Below, piece after piece: positions 24,510 to 38,000 of a DNA stretch of 64,000 bases. The stretch lies in assembly GCA_964188305.1 (NCBI GenBank), contig OZ076885.1, one strand, 5' to 3'. Below the pieces are notes generated by a model that was not told the origin of the DNA, did no database searches, and saw nothing but the letters and a program-made list of their open reading frames with translations. The translations under genes were made by a program, and so were the position numbers. Position 1 is the first letter of the stretch. Every line of letters begins with the position of its first letter. Origin of the DNA: Podarcis bocagei. Taxonomy: Eukaryota.

Positions 24510-24582
24510 CTTGCTGGACATTTTGGGGGGCCTCTTTTTGTGTGGCACACTTCCTGCACGGCTGAACTGACTCCCTGCTTGG
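24510..24582 (-). CDS. MYRF: MYRF exon 16
   Basis: [24 protein letters not shown]; 73 nt. Confidence 0.94.
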
Positions 24583-25516
24583 CTACAATGAAAGGAAAGT
24601 TAGGATGCACCCAGATCAGCACTCCTTATCATATTTAATTTCACTTCATTCTGCTCCTCCTCCCTCTCCCACTACCAATCTGTTTCTTAACAAACACTCT
24701 GTTTTCATAATTTTAGCACGTATACGCACGGACCACAATGAATTTGGTGCCGCTTTCTGGAGAATGGGGCGATAACCCAATATAGGATTGTGAAGTAGTC
24801 AATATTTGTTTTTTGCCAAGGAATAGGTATCTAGCTGGTTCACAGGCATAAACTCAACACAGGTGGGAGGGAATAAGGTGCAGCGAAGGGGTCCTTATAT
24901 GAAGGAGAATGTCAGGGTGCTACCAGAGAGGGGTTTAATTAGCAAATGGGTCATTCACAACAGTTTGGGTTTTGTTTTGTTTTTAAACTTACTGGGTGTC
25001 TAGTGAAGGTTTCTACTACTTTCACTATTCCTCTTTGAAAACAGAGTATTCTCTGAAACAGATTTTTAAACTGGGACTTTTAGATGCAGATTTACAGGAA
25101 AGTCATCTTTAGAGAGTATAGATGCTTGCTCTATCTGAAGATCTTATTCCTGTGGGAGAGGAGTAGGTAGACAGAGTCTTCTGAATCACTGGGACACTCT
25201 CTGTTCAGAGGCCCAAACTGAATACTTCTTCTGGGACCATGACCTCATAAGAGGCAGGAGAAGGGATCACAATATTTGCCCTCCCGTTAGAAGAGGCGTC
25301 AGTGGAGGAACAAGTTTTTTAGCCTGAGTACGTATCTGAGCATACTTCAAAGTTATTTTTGCTTTTCTACCAATGCAATCTTATGCTTACTTACTCAGAT
25401 GTTCAACTGTGTGGAACGTTATTTATTCCTAAAAGTGTGTATATCATTGCAGCCTGCGTAACAACCCATTTACTCAGAGCTGTATTGTTTAAAATACTCT
25501 AACTGAAAAGAAGTTA

Positions 25517-25738
<222 letters not shown>

Positions 25739-26408
25739 CTAGCATGGACAAAATAAACACTCTCTTTGGGTGTGCTCAGGTCCTCACATTATGCCCTTAG
25801 TTTTTGGTGATTTACAATCATTCCCTACCCTCAACACACACACACCCACTGCCGCCACCCGGCTCCTTCCATGCAAAGGCAAGAGCACCTCCACCTCAGA
25901 AAGATTGCTCTTTGATGCCTATAATCTACTTATCACACAGTTAACAGACCAATTTTATGCCTGTTTCCTCAGAAAAAAAATCCATCAATGGGGTTTCCTC
26001 CCAAGAAAACCTACATAGGATTTCTGCCTTAGATGACTTTGCCCCTAGATACTTATCACCCCCCTGTGTCTCCCGCCAGAATGGTCATCAGAGGGCTGCC
26101 TTCTGGGAGTGCTCTGTGTGCCTGAGGGTCTGGGTCTGTGTGTCCGTTTGAGGGCAAGGAAAGAAGCATTTTCAGTTCTTGCTCCCCAGCTTCAAATTTT
26201 TCTTCCAGAGTGGCCTCCAAACCCTGAACAAATATCTCTCAATTTCTCTCTCTCTCTCTCTCTCTCTCTCCCCCCGCCCCAATTTCAGCTTTGGCTTGGG
26301 TTTTGCTAAAAATATATAGAGTGGGAAATGATGCCCGAAGAGTCTGTCATTCCTATCAAACTTGTTTTCTGTTTGTTGCTTGCCTCCTCTTCTAAGGGCT
26401 CCACTCAC

Positions 26409-26518
26409 CTTATTCACCACTAGGAAGTTCTCTACAGTCCTCCCACTGGTAAAGACCATGTCCCCAGTATCTTTCACTGCTTCTGGGAGAATCTCCCTCA
26501 CCTCCTGAGCAATGACAC
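26409..26518 (-). CDS. MYRF: MYRF exon 14 (ICA domain)
   Basis: [37 protein letters not shown]; 110 nt. Confidence 0.96.
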
Positions 26519-27615
26519 CTGAACAGAAATGGGAAGCATGCATCACAGTAGCTCTGGGCCACAAAATATAAATGCAACCTTAGAATCCCAGAGGCACCTG
26601 CTAGGATCAGGTATGAGGGAGTTTGGACCAATGCTAGTAGGGGACTCTGTGACGCACATACCTCCAGCTATATACTGTTTATATAAAATATGCTGCAGGA
26701 GAAAACAACTCGAATGTAGCCTGTGGGAGGGTAGAAATAAGCAAGTAACTAAGGATAGCTTCGCAATTTATAAAGCAAATATGTGTTCCCAGGCAGGAGG
26801 ATTTATGTCAGCCTCTGCTAACCTGGCAGCCGTCAGATGTTTTTCACCACAGCTCCCATCAGTCATACCCATCATGGCCACACTGGCTGGAGATGGTTGG
26901 AGTTGTAGCTCAAAACATCTGGAGGGCGCTAGGTTGGGGAAGGCTGCTTTATTTGTCTGCTGCAGAAAACCTCCCTGCAGCCTCCCTGAGTGAAGACTGA
27001 TAATCAGGGCATACGTAAATCTGTTGGTGGGGCTTAAATAATTAAATTGTTTCTCCATGCAAAAGGAATACCTGCACACAGAAAGCTAGCATCCGGAAGA
27101 GACATGTGCTACTTCAGTGGTCATTATCCAGTTCAGACCTGAGATCCGCCTTTGTACTTTGTGAGACCCATTTCTTGATTTTTACCATAGATGTGTTCAA
27201 GCATTGCAGGGGGTTTGACAAGAGGGAGCCTCAGGATCCTCCCAACTCTACAATTCTATGATTCTATGAATGACAAAGACTGAGAAAGACCACAGCATTT
27301 CCCCCAAGCCCTGCAATACTGGGGACTTTCACTAACTGTAACCTCGAAGTAGAGTGTCATATATGTATAACATCAGAACCAATGATCAGATGACACATGC
27401 CGTATACATACAATTTAGTATGCCTAAGGGATGTTTCACAGAAGGACAGGAAAACGCTATTATTAAGGTCCCAAGTGCAGGCCAACAGTGGGTATATGTT
27501 AGATCATGGATATCCTGATTTGGGTGAAGGTGGATGTTGACACTTTTGCTAGCATTAAAACTCCTGAACAGCACAGGTGCAAGGATGAAGCTCGGGGTCA
27601 GTGAAAGGACTGTAC

Positions 27616-27724
27616 CTGTCTCTGATGTGTTCTCCAGGCCTACGGTGGCAGCAAACTCTGGCTTGTAGTTATAGTGCACCAGTCGCATACGGGAGATTCT
27701 CTTCAGCTGTTCTGTGGTATCCAC
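27616..27724 (-). CDS. MYRF: MYRF exon 13 (ICA domain)
   Basis: [36 protein letters not shown]; 109 nt. Confidence 0.96.
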
Positions 27725-27790
27725 CTGAAACCATAAGACCCACAATAATGACCTTGGTCTGCATTTCCTAAGCAGAGATCCTACTGACTA

Positions 27791-28015
<225 letters not shown>

Positions 28016-30347
28016 CTAAGAAAAGAAAAGAAAAGAGGGGAGAGATGCCCATAGGACATTAATGTCAACAACACAGAACTGCAGAGAGAAACAAAGTTAT
28101 TGGGGAGAAAAAACTGCTGTTTTTAGAATAAGACCAATGCAGAACAGTCGCCTCCCCTCTTCCTAAATGCAGGGGGAAATTCTTTTGCGCAAGTTAACTG
28201 ATTTGAATCATTGAAAACAAAAATGTTGCCCACCAACCAATATTGAAGCTGGGCAAGAGAAATAAGCAAATGAGTCAGCCAGGCACAGAATAACAAACCA
28301 CCAGAGCAATTGAAATCATGCAGAGTGGCAAGTCTTTGATAAGGGCCCTCCACAGTGTTTAGTGGCCCAACACCTCTGCAAGTATTTTGCACACTACACC
28401 TTATAGGCAACTCAGTGCACATTTTTGCAGTCAGATGAAATGCAAGTTGCTTTGCAGAGTATTTTGGGAATTCCAGTTTCATTTTTTCAAGTTTTATGAC
28501 CATCAGCATGGATAAGAACACACTGCTTTTTGTCCATGTTTGGAGACAGCGACACAGCCTCCAAGAAAACTTACTTTGCAGCGTAGTTAGACAAAATGCA
28601 CAACAGTAAGTTGTTTACAGCTTGCGGAAGGCTGTCTGGTTCACTTTGCAAGCTAAGCACAAGGAGCCTTGGTTCTGAGTCAGTGTGTGTTTACAGACCT
28701 GCTGAGATAAATGCCCTTTTCCAGCCCACAACGGATAAAGATAAAGTTGCAAGCTTTTCTCTCTCAGCAGGAGGGGTGTGTGGGAATTCTAGCTATGAGG
28801 CAAAGCATCACCATTGCAAAACAAATCCCCAAGGGATTGTTAAGGAAGTGACAGGGTGGCTTGCATGAGGGTTGTGATGGTGATGATAAATGTGCGATAA
28901 GCTAATTGGCAAAGCCAGCACCAGAGTGACAGGAGAGAACAGGAGGATCAAACATCTCAGATGGTGCTTATTTTCTCAATATGTTCCTGGGGCTTAAGCT
29001 TGCCGAGTCTGGAAGCCCCTGGCCCCTATTCCCAAATGTAGTAAGGGCAGATTGTGGCTTCTCAGGAAAAGGACCTTTTGCACATGGGTCAAGTCCAAGA
29101 AACAGCACTATTTGATGTAGGGGCTCAATGGCTCAGGTTTCCATGTGATGCCAAGCCAAACCACGGCTTACTGCAAATGTGTGGATTCCTGGAGAGGAGA
29201 TCATAAGTGCTTTGCTCCTCCACTGCCCTTGCTCCTGACTGCTTAGCATATTGTCTATGGAGACAAACTAGGAGCCCAGGTCCTGACAAGGGCTTGACCA
29301 AACCATGGCTGAAAACAGAGCAGTGCAGCAGCAGCAGGACTGGAGAAGGAGAACAGCAGCAGCAGCAGCAGCAGCAATATCCTCCCTGGGAACACACGTT
29401 CATGCTAAATCACAATTTGGCTTGGTATTGCATGCATACTGGGTCAATAAAAATTGCACAGAAACACAGTTTTGCATCTGATACGAATTGGGCTTCAGCA
29501 GCTAATTTCATGTAGCTCTTTCTAGGCACCAATGTTCCTATCTGATTCATTCTGCTCATTGTTCGTGCTTTACACAAACACCCCTCTGCAAACACTCCTA
29601 TGCATCCTTCTTTATCACTATTTCATGCAGTTCAGAGCTGCACTTTCACAATGCAAGTCTGTTCCAAAGCTGAACCTGGGGGTTTAGTTATTCTCAAACT
29701 CTGACCACCTTTCCCTCACATGTTCCCCTCAAAATTCTTGGCATTATGGACATAAGAGGAGAGACAGTCACTGTGATGCTATCCAGAGTTCAGAAAGTTT
29801 AGAAAGTGGGAGAAGCACAGTCACAGGAATGAGGAATTTTAACCAGCTAGGTACAGAAGTATAATTTCACTCCTTGTGTTCAATGGGAGTGTTATCTGAC
29901 ATAGTACTTTCCTATTTAACCATTACCTCTGCATGAAAGTACACAAAAACCCATTGTAGTCATGCTGCCGTTTGGCCAAGCCTCCGTGGACTGGGCAGGT
30001 ATTGTGTATTCTGTACAAAAAGCCAAGGTTTTTTAACAAAAACATTTGCTTTTGTACATTTGCACAGAACACACAATGGAAGCAGATTCCAGCATCTCAA
30101 GACTCTCAGGAGGTCTCTTTCTCCTCCCGCCCAAGCTCCTACCTCTCATGGGCTTCACCAGGCACTGTCTGGTGGAATTTCCAAATCCAAGGAGAAGCTT
30201 CTGTAGGGCTTCTAGTGGCAAGGGCTTCAGTGTCCCTCAGAGGCCTTTGCACTTCTCCATGACTATCAAAATATTTAATTCTATGCAAATTTACCATTTG
30301 CAAAAGTTCAGAGCTAAAAAACGTACACACTAACACAGTTCTGGTTA

Positions 30348-30680
30348 CAGTGGTGCCTCGCAAGACGAAAAGAATCCGTTCTGTGATTCTCTTCGTCTAG
30401 CGGTTTTTTCGTCTTGCGAAGCAAGCCCATTGACGGATTAGCGGATTAGCGCTATTAGCGGCTTTTAGCAGCTTATCTGCTGATCGGATCAGCTGATAAG
30501 CGGCTTAGCGGCTTAGAAGGGGGGGGGGAGGGAAAAAACCAGCAGGAACTCGCAAGACATTGTCGTCTTGTGAAGCAAGCCCATAGGAAATTCGTTTTGC
30601 GAAGCACCTCCAAAACAGAAAACTCTTTCGTCTAGCGAGTTTTCCGTCTTGCGAGGCATTCGTCTTGCGGGGCACCACTG
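30348..30680. mobile_element. Tc1/mariner-type MITE family B
   Basis: Same TIRs and TA TSD as the 8895 copy; different core with GCGGATTA-like repeats. Confidence 0.92.
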
Positions 30681-31492
30681 TATATGTCTAAAAAGTAATA
30701 CTAAATGGAGTTTGTTTCCCGTTATTCCTCTTCTGCGATTACATGTGTTATGAGCCTTATTCTAAGTACCCTCACAACTGTTTTAATGTGATCTGTCCTG
30801 CTGAAAATTTGCTGCTCTGTTCTTTGGGCAGATCCAAATAGTCCTAGTTTCATGAATCTATTGCACTGCATCAGTGTTCCAATCAGTCCTCTTAGCCCAG
30901 GCAAGCAAGCAGCTGCAGGATGCACTTTCTCATCCTTCATATCCCACCTTAAAACCCACTTTTTCATGAAGCCCTTGGTTTAAGATCCTCAGCTGAAACA
31001 AAAGCTAGCTGCATTTGCTCACATGCATTCCTAATCCACCTCTTACAACACTGCCTTCTCACCTGCCAATGTTTAGACTAAAGCTTCTCGAGACTGTGCC
31101 CTTTTTTTTTTTTTTTTTGCTTATGAAATCCTGCAATGGGTGGTGCTGCGTAAGTACTATTATATCACATGTAGAGGAATGATATAAAAGGTGTCATAAT
31201 AAGAGTGTCAGGTTTACAGGTTTACAGAGAAGCAGCCATGGATGTGACACAGCTTCTGACATGTTCCACAAGCACTCTGGCGCTCACACCATTTTCACTG
31301 CGGATTAAGTGAGTCAGCTGTGCGTCTGATGTGCAACCAAACCACATTTCTTGTGCTAGTGCAGACAGATCCTTAGCCTCACTGACAAGACTGGGGCAAG
31401 CTCTGCTCAGGGCAGAAGCATCTCTCATCCCATTCTACAAAAGAGCCCCCCATCTCCACCCCGGAGACTGCATAGTTCAGCATGCTACTTAC

Positions 31493-31558
31493 TTGTCTGC
31501 AGACTCCGGGGTCCCCGTCCGCCCTCTGTTTGTGTTTTAACCCCGAACCGGCCCTTTG
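31493..31558 (-). CDS. MYRF: Candidate MYRF cassette exon between exons 11 and 12
   Basis: tgtgtccatttcctctag|QRAGSGLKHKQRADGDPGVCRQ|gtaagt; 66 nt, phase 0-0, no stop, 5 CpGs. Confidence 0.55.
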
Positions 31559-32466
31559 CTAGAGGAAATGGACACAGCACTTAAAAAGGCAGCAGGGCGG
31601 AGACAGCCAACCACAAAGTCACAGCCTAGTGTCCTCCTTGTTTGCAAAAGGCTCTCTGGAAGCACAGGAGCCACCCTTGACCTCTTCAAATGCCCTTCCC
31701 CCAAGATCATGCTTCCTAAAGTCCAAGAAGCCAGTCTATTTAAGATGCTTACTCAGGCATCCAACTAGCTGAACCCATTTGAGAGCATCAGTTTCAGAAC
31801 TGACGCATTGGGGCCCAAAGCAATGTCTGGTGGAGACATGGGGAAGAGTTCCTTACACATTTGTGCCCACCTAGGTGTAATTAGATGTGGCTTTCCTATA
31901 AGTCACCCTCATGTGCTCCCCAAATCCCCTTCCCATGAACCTTTAAGCATGTGTCCGCACAAGTGCAATATTGTGAGTTGGTTTAACATCTGAGCCATAT
32001 GACTTGCCCTGTGCCTTGGAGCAGGACTGCATGCTGCTGAGCAAGCTTAATGGTGGCATCCAGGCAGCAGAACAGCACAATCAATGATATGACTGCAGGG
32101 CTGGTATCTTGTTGCACCATTCCTACTTGCAACCTTGGCTTTCTCTTTCTATTGCAGAGGGTGCAAGAGCTGTCTTACATTCCATGGCCCCTGGGCACCA
32201 TTTTCAGCAATAAACCTTCCAATCCTGCCCATATCTCCTTATCGGGAACCATAAAGCAAGTGATCTCTCTTACTTGGTGTTTGCAAAGGCCTTATTTGTG
32301 CAAAGGAGAAAATGAGGATGCAGAAAGCCAGGGAGGAGTTGGATAGTGGGGTCTGCAGATGGACAAGGGGCAGCAGCAAGGGGTGCTGTGGAATCAGGGA
32401 CAGTTTGGTACCAGTGTCAAGAATTCCCCATCAAGTCAAGTCAAGAGCTGTAGGTGCTCAGAGTTA

Positions 32467-32664
<198 letters not shown>

Positions 32665-32994
32665 TCAACATGATGACAATTTTTTAAAAAAAAATCAGTA
32701 AAAAATAAACATATTATAAATTAATTACAAACTTAATCTGATGTATTGCATTCCAACAACAATATTACATTCATTGCCTTTCTTCTGTAAAAAAACCTCT
32801 GAAATAATTTGAGGCCTAGCAGCTAAAAGAAATGATGACCTATACAGATACACTTCTTTTGTTCAGCATCTGCAGCATCTGAACCACGCAGGCACAGTGC
32901 AAAGATAACCTTTCAGGATCTAGAAAGACTTATACGTACAATTAAGAAAAACATAATCAGCTGGTGATCTGTTTTAATTTTTGTGTGTATTATA

Positions 32995-33070
32995 TAGGGT
33001 TGCCATATGTCCAGAACTTCCCGGACACAGCCGTTTCTGGATTTTCACTTTTTGAAATATGGCAACCTTA
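32995..33070. mobile_element. 76-bp hAT mini-element
   Basis: TAGGGTTGCCATAT...ATATGGCAACCTTA with a perfect 8-bp TSD GTATTATA. Confidence 0.88.
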
Positions 33071-33270
33071 GTATTATAGGTGTTGTAAATGGCTTTGATA
33101 TTTTTATGAAATTATACATATAACTATATAAATAAAGGACTTTCAATGGTGATAATATTTTGCAGCAAGTTTTACCCACCATTTTTTATTCTGCGGAGGT
33201 TTTTTACTTTTTATTTCTGCTATTTTATTAATGTAAGAATGTTCACATTGCAGGGCAGCACACACATTTA

Positions 33271-33313
<43 letters not shown>
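33271..33313. repeat. (TTAG)n microsatellite
   Basis: Direct reading. Confidence 0.92.
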
Positions 33314-33367
33314 ACTTTAATTACAGATTCTTTTGTGGGGGAGGAGACAGGTAGCACACAGCCCCTA

Positions 33368-33526
<159 letters not shown>

Positions 33527-34001
33527 TCAAAGAGAAAGCATATTCTTTTACCTGGATGGGACCAACCAAAGTGCGTAAAATTGAGGATGCAAGGGATGCA
33601 TGGTGGGGAGGAAATCTGCATTCAGGCGAAGTGTTTAATACAAGAGAGCACTAAGCGCACCTAAACTCCCAGGGAAATCAGTGGCACAAGAACAGAGCTA
33701 AGCACTTAAATCCCCACCCATTTCAATGAGGCACTGCTGTGCTGCTCCTGGGTGGGAAGCTTAATATGCAGTCCCTTTTGCATTCAGGTGTCAGCACACT
33801 CAAAAAGGAGAGGTAGTGCAAGAAGCAACACCGCCTGTAGGAAGAAGATGCACCAGCAGAAGTCAGATTAATGAGCATGAGCCGCCATGTCCAAGCTACC
33901 CTTTTTAGTGCCTAATCTTCTCTGGACTGCTCACACAAAGGTGTGTGCATGTGTTAGACGTGAGGGTTTGGAGGTGGGCCCACAAATGGAAGCAGTACTC
34001 A

Positions 34002-34136
<135 letters not shown>

Positions 34137-34886
34137 TCATGCATTCCCACAAGCAGCCACCTCTTTATTTTGAAACACTGCAGATAGATTATTTGACATC
34201 CTGGTGACTGGCACTCAGTATGTGTACTGCTCTGCATTCCCTCTTCTCCAGCTGTTAAGCTTGGGAGAGGTAGGAGAGGAGCAAGTAAAAAGGGTCATTT
34301 GCTGCATCCCAATATGAAAATAACCACACAAATTTAGTAATGGAGTCACTATTATTCTACTTGCATGCAGAGGGAGTGCTCCTTTGCTTAAATTCAGATC
34401 CAGTGGCATATTGGAAGGATGCTACATTTTAAACACTGAATATGAAGTTTTAACTCTGCTGTTTTAGTAGTTATTTGATTAGATTTTCTGCTTATTGAAT
34501 TTAGTGATTGTATATTCTATTTTCATGTTTTTGTTTTAATTGCATTGTAAGGTGTCCTGGGATAAATACATTTTGCACACTCAAAATTAATTGAGTGTGG
34601 GGTTATCTGCCTTGAGGAACTCTTGAACCACTGAAGGATTACAAAAGACTGATGTTATCAAACCTCCAGTTTTGAAAGCGTCAGCTCCCACTGCAACCAC
34701 TCAGGCTGTAAGATGGCTTGGAGCTAAGACTGCACAAACACACGGCCTGACAAGTCACATACACAGCCACCTGCGCAGTAAATACACTAAGTTTTTCATA
34801 GATATGATAAGTCACATAATTGCTGGTATCAACAGAGGTTGTGCTCCACCTCTTTAACCATTGCATATTCCCATCTTCACAATTAC

Positions 34887-35082
34887 CTTTACTCCATGCA
34901 GTTTCAGATAGAAGCATTCAAGCGGCTTCAAGCCTTCGGGGGTCTTGACATACTTAGGATCTCCAATCATACCAATATAGACGGTGACCTGGAAGTGATT
35001 CTTCTTCTGGCACACAAAAGCATCATCACCCACAGAGAAGTTGAAGCCTTTATCTGCATCCACCCGGTATGTGGGCATCGGT
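34887..35082 (-). CDS. MYRF: MYRF exon 8 (NDT80 DNA-binding domain)
   Basis: [37 protein letters not shown]...YLKLHGVK; 196 nt. Confidence 0.97.
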
Positions 35083-38000
35083 CTGTCACCAAAGGGAGAA
35101 GACGTGAACATTCAATGTCAATCAAGTTATTTTCTTGCAGATACTCTCACTCCAACAGACACAAATTGCACAAGCTACTTCTTCTGCCATCTGCAAAAAT
35201 AACATTTGCCTGGAAACGATAAACATTTGGAAGGTAACCATGTATCTCTTCCCCCCCATAACACAATTTGTCAGCTTGGACATAAGGCATCACCAGCAAG
35301 CATTCTTGAAGCATGAGCCATCCTACCCAGCCCTATCCTGAAAAAGTTTAGGTTACAGGGTTGTTTATCAAAGCACCCTAAACTGTTTGGGCTCCTCTCC
35401 CAATGCAAATAACAGCTTATAGGGGACAATTTTCAGAGACAACCTGGGTAGAATCCAGAAGGCCAAACAGAGATGCTGGAGGGCCCCATGAGATTCCCTG
35501 GCCCTGCCCTACAACAATACAATGAAGTAGGATAGGTTGAGAGATAGTGGGCTGGCCCAACAGCACCTATAGAGTTGCATGGCTAAATGGGTGTGTGTGT
35601 AAATCTGGATCTCTCTGGTCCGTCCACCACTCTGTCCATCACACCACCCTGGATTTGAGGTTGTATGTTGGGGTAGGGGAATTTGTAACTAGGTTTGAAG
35701 TGAGGATGTGACAACATAAGCTAATCCCAACATGTGAGTCCCAGATTTGCTAGCTTAATAGTTTCAGAGAAAACGTCAAAGGATATTTGACAGCTACAAA
35801 CAGGCAAAAAGTTCTCTTCTCATCCTAAAATTACCACTGTCAGTTAGCATTGTTCCTTCTTCAACTAAGGGAAATGGCAATGCTCCGGGGGTGGGGGAAA
35901 GGTAAACAGTATGAAGCAAGCAGCTCTGCTTTGATTTGTTTGGTTTTCCTACAGATCTGCCAACTAACAGCTGATTAGGTTGGCATTGCTTGCTAGCTCT
36001 GGTAAAGCAATTTATGATCATCCCGAGACTTGGAAATCTCCCACCTCAACTAGATTCCACCCACCCACCCAAATTGCCACTGAAGACATTTCCCCGTGAG
36101 ATGCATCTTCCTGGCTTCAGCACAAGGCTAGGTTCATTCTGGACTGCCATACGTCTTAAAACAGAGCTACCTGAAGTTGCTCCTTACACCTTCCAAACTC
36201 TTTTTCCGCCCGCCCCCCATCTCCTCCCCAATGCCTGAAGTGTATGTACTCAGGATACAAAGCGGCAGCAGCTCAGAGTGTCAAATAAGAGGGGGGAAGC
36301 AACATATGTAGCAGCTGGGGAGGTTTAATCTATGTCTCCTTAATGGACTAGTTGTCATGGAAACACTGAAAATATGTGGCCTTCGCCAACAGGCACGCAT
36401 ACACACAGCTCCCAATACGCCTGGTTTGTTCTGTGGGGAAGGCCTCTCTGCCTCACGGACCCACAGACATACATGAACATAAACTGCAACCAAATAGGTG
36501 CAAATAAAATAAAATCAAATAAATGCTGTTGAATTCAGCAGGCCGGCATGACCGAGTTACGGTATATTTTAAGTACTTGTTGGAGGAAATGCACCCTTAA
36601 AATTTGATTTTTCTCATTTGAGAAAGAAAAAACTCCCATTAATTTCATTTGGGCTTACTTCTTTACAGGCCCAAGTGTAAGAAGAGGCTCCCTATCAAGC
36701 TGGTTAGTGACAGAGGTCCTGAAGGTCTGCACTTCCTACTATAAAAACTGAAACTTTATATTTTTAGCCACTAAGGTGTACACTTTCAATGAGTTTTTGA
36801 GGGCTCAGTTAGCACTAGAATTCAACAGAGTCTTTCTTAATCTCTGGATGCTTTGGACTACAACTCCCACCAGGGCCAGCCAGCGTTGCCATGGTGCCCA
36901 GGGCTAGTGGGAGTTGTAGTCTGTTGGGGTTGGGAAGTCTTATTTAACAGATAAATGGTATTTGCTGGTATCTTTAACTCCTTAGGCTTCAGAAAGCTGT
37001 AGAGGGGAAGACTTGAACCAAGGGGCTTGATCGTGACAGGAAAAAGGAGGGACTGTTGAAAACAGGAAGGGCTAGCAACTGTTGAAAGAGTCAAAGCTCA
37101 AAACAACCACAGTAACAAGTGGGATAGACAAGAAGAACCCAAGATGGCCAGGAATTTCAAAATCCAGTGCAGGATTCTGTGTGTGGCCATGGCAAGAAGA
37201 ACATTTCAGTAAGTTGCTTTGGCCTCCAGAGGTCCAAAGCTGGCCATGGACATGCCGACAATCCTCCACAGACATGCCAGCAGCAACTGGATAAACTCTG
37301 TTTGCTGTCAGCACCCTTGGGTTGAGCGAACCTGGCAGGCCCCATAAAGAGCCATTTAATTCTTCCTCATAGCAACAGGGGGGACCCTGAGCTGCCAGAG
37401 ATGTGCCCTGAACGAAAACCAGATGGTGGTCACAGAGTAAGCTACCTTAGCCAGAAAGTATGAGAGGAATTTCTCTCCCCCTCTCTCCCCTTTCCATCAC
37501 ATTTTTGGTGATTCATTGTGCCATTCCCTCCTTCCTACAGTGCTTGCCATTCTGCCCTATCCAAAAGCCAAATTCTTCCCCTTCCACTCCCCCCCCCCAA
37601 AAAAAGTGGACACACGGTCATTCCTCTTCAGTTCTAAGCTACATCATTCCTCCTCAGGCTCTTCAGCTAGAATAGACATGGTTTCTGTTTGCCACTGAAA
37701 TTGTACTGGGCCTCTAGCCATTCACCACTGAAACTTGAGAAGAGAACAAAACTGGCAGCTTCCGCCATTCAATCAAACCACTTTCGCTACCCAGCCCTTT
37801 ACAAATGGCTCAGCAAATCCAACACGGATCAAGGACCGCAATCTGTTCAAACGAAAGCCCATATCTTTCTTTTTACAAAACGTGTACAAATGTTTAAAAC
37901 ATGTATTGGGTCAAAATGCAGAGAAATTCAAGGACAGATAATGAAGAAATGAGTGTGAGTTATGAGGTAAAAATGAAAAGGCAAGGGCGGGAGGACAGTA

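Noticed and set aside
29325-29376. (CAG)n polyglutamine ORF
   Set aside because: Short intronic microsatellite with no exon signals.
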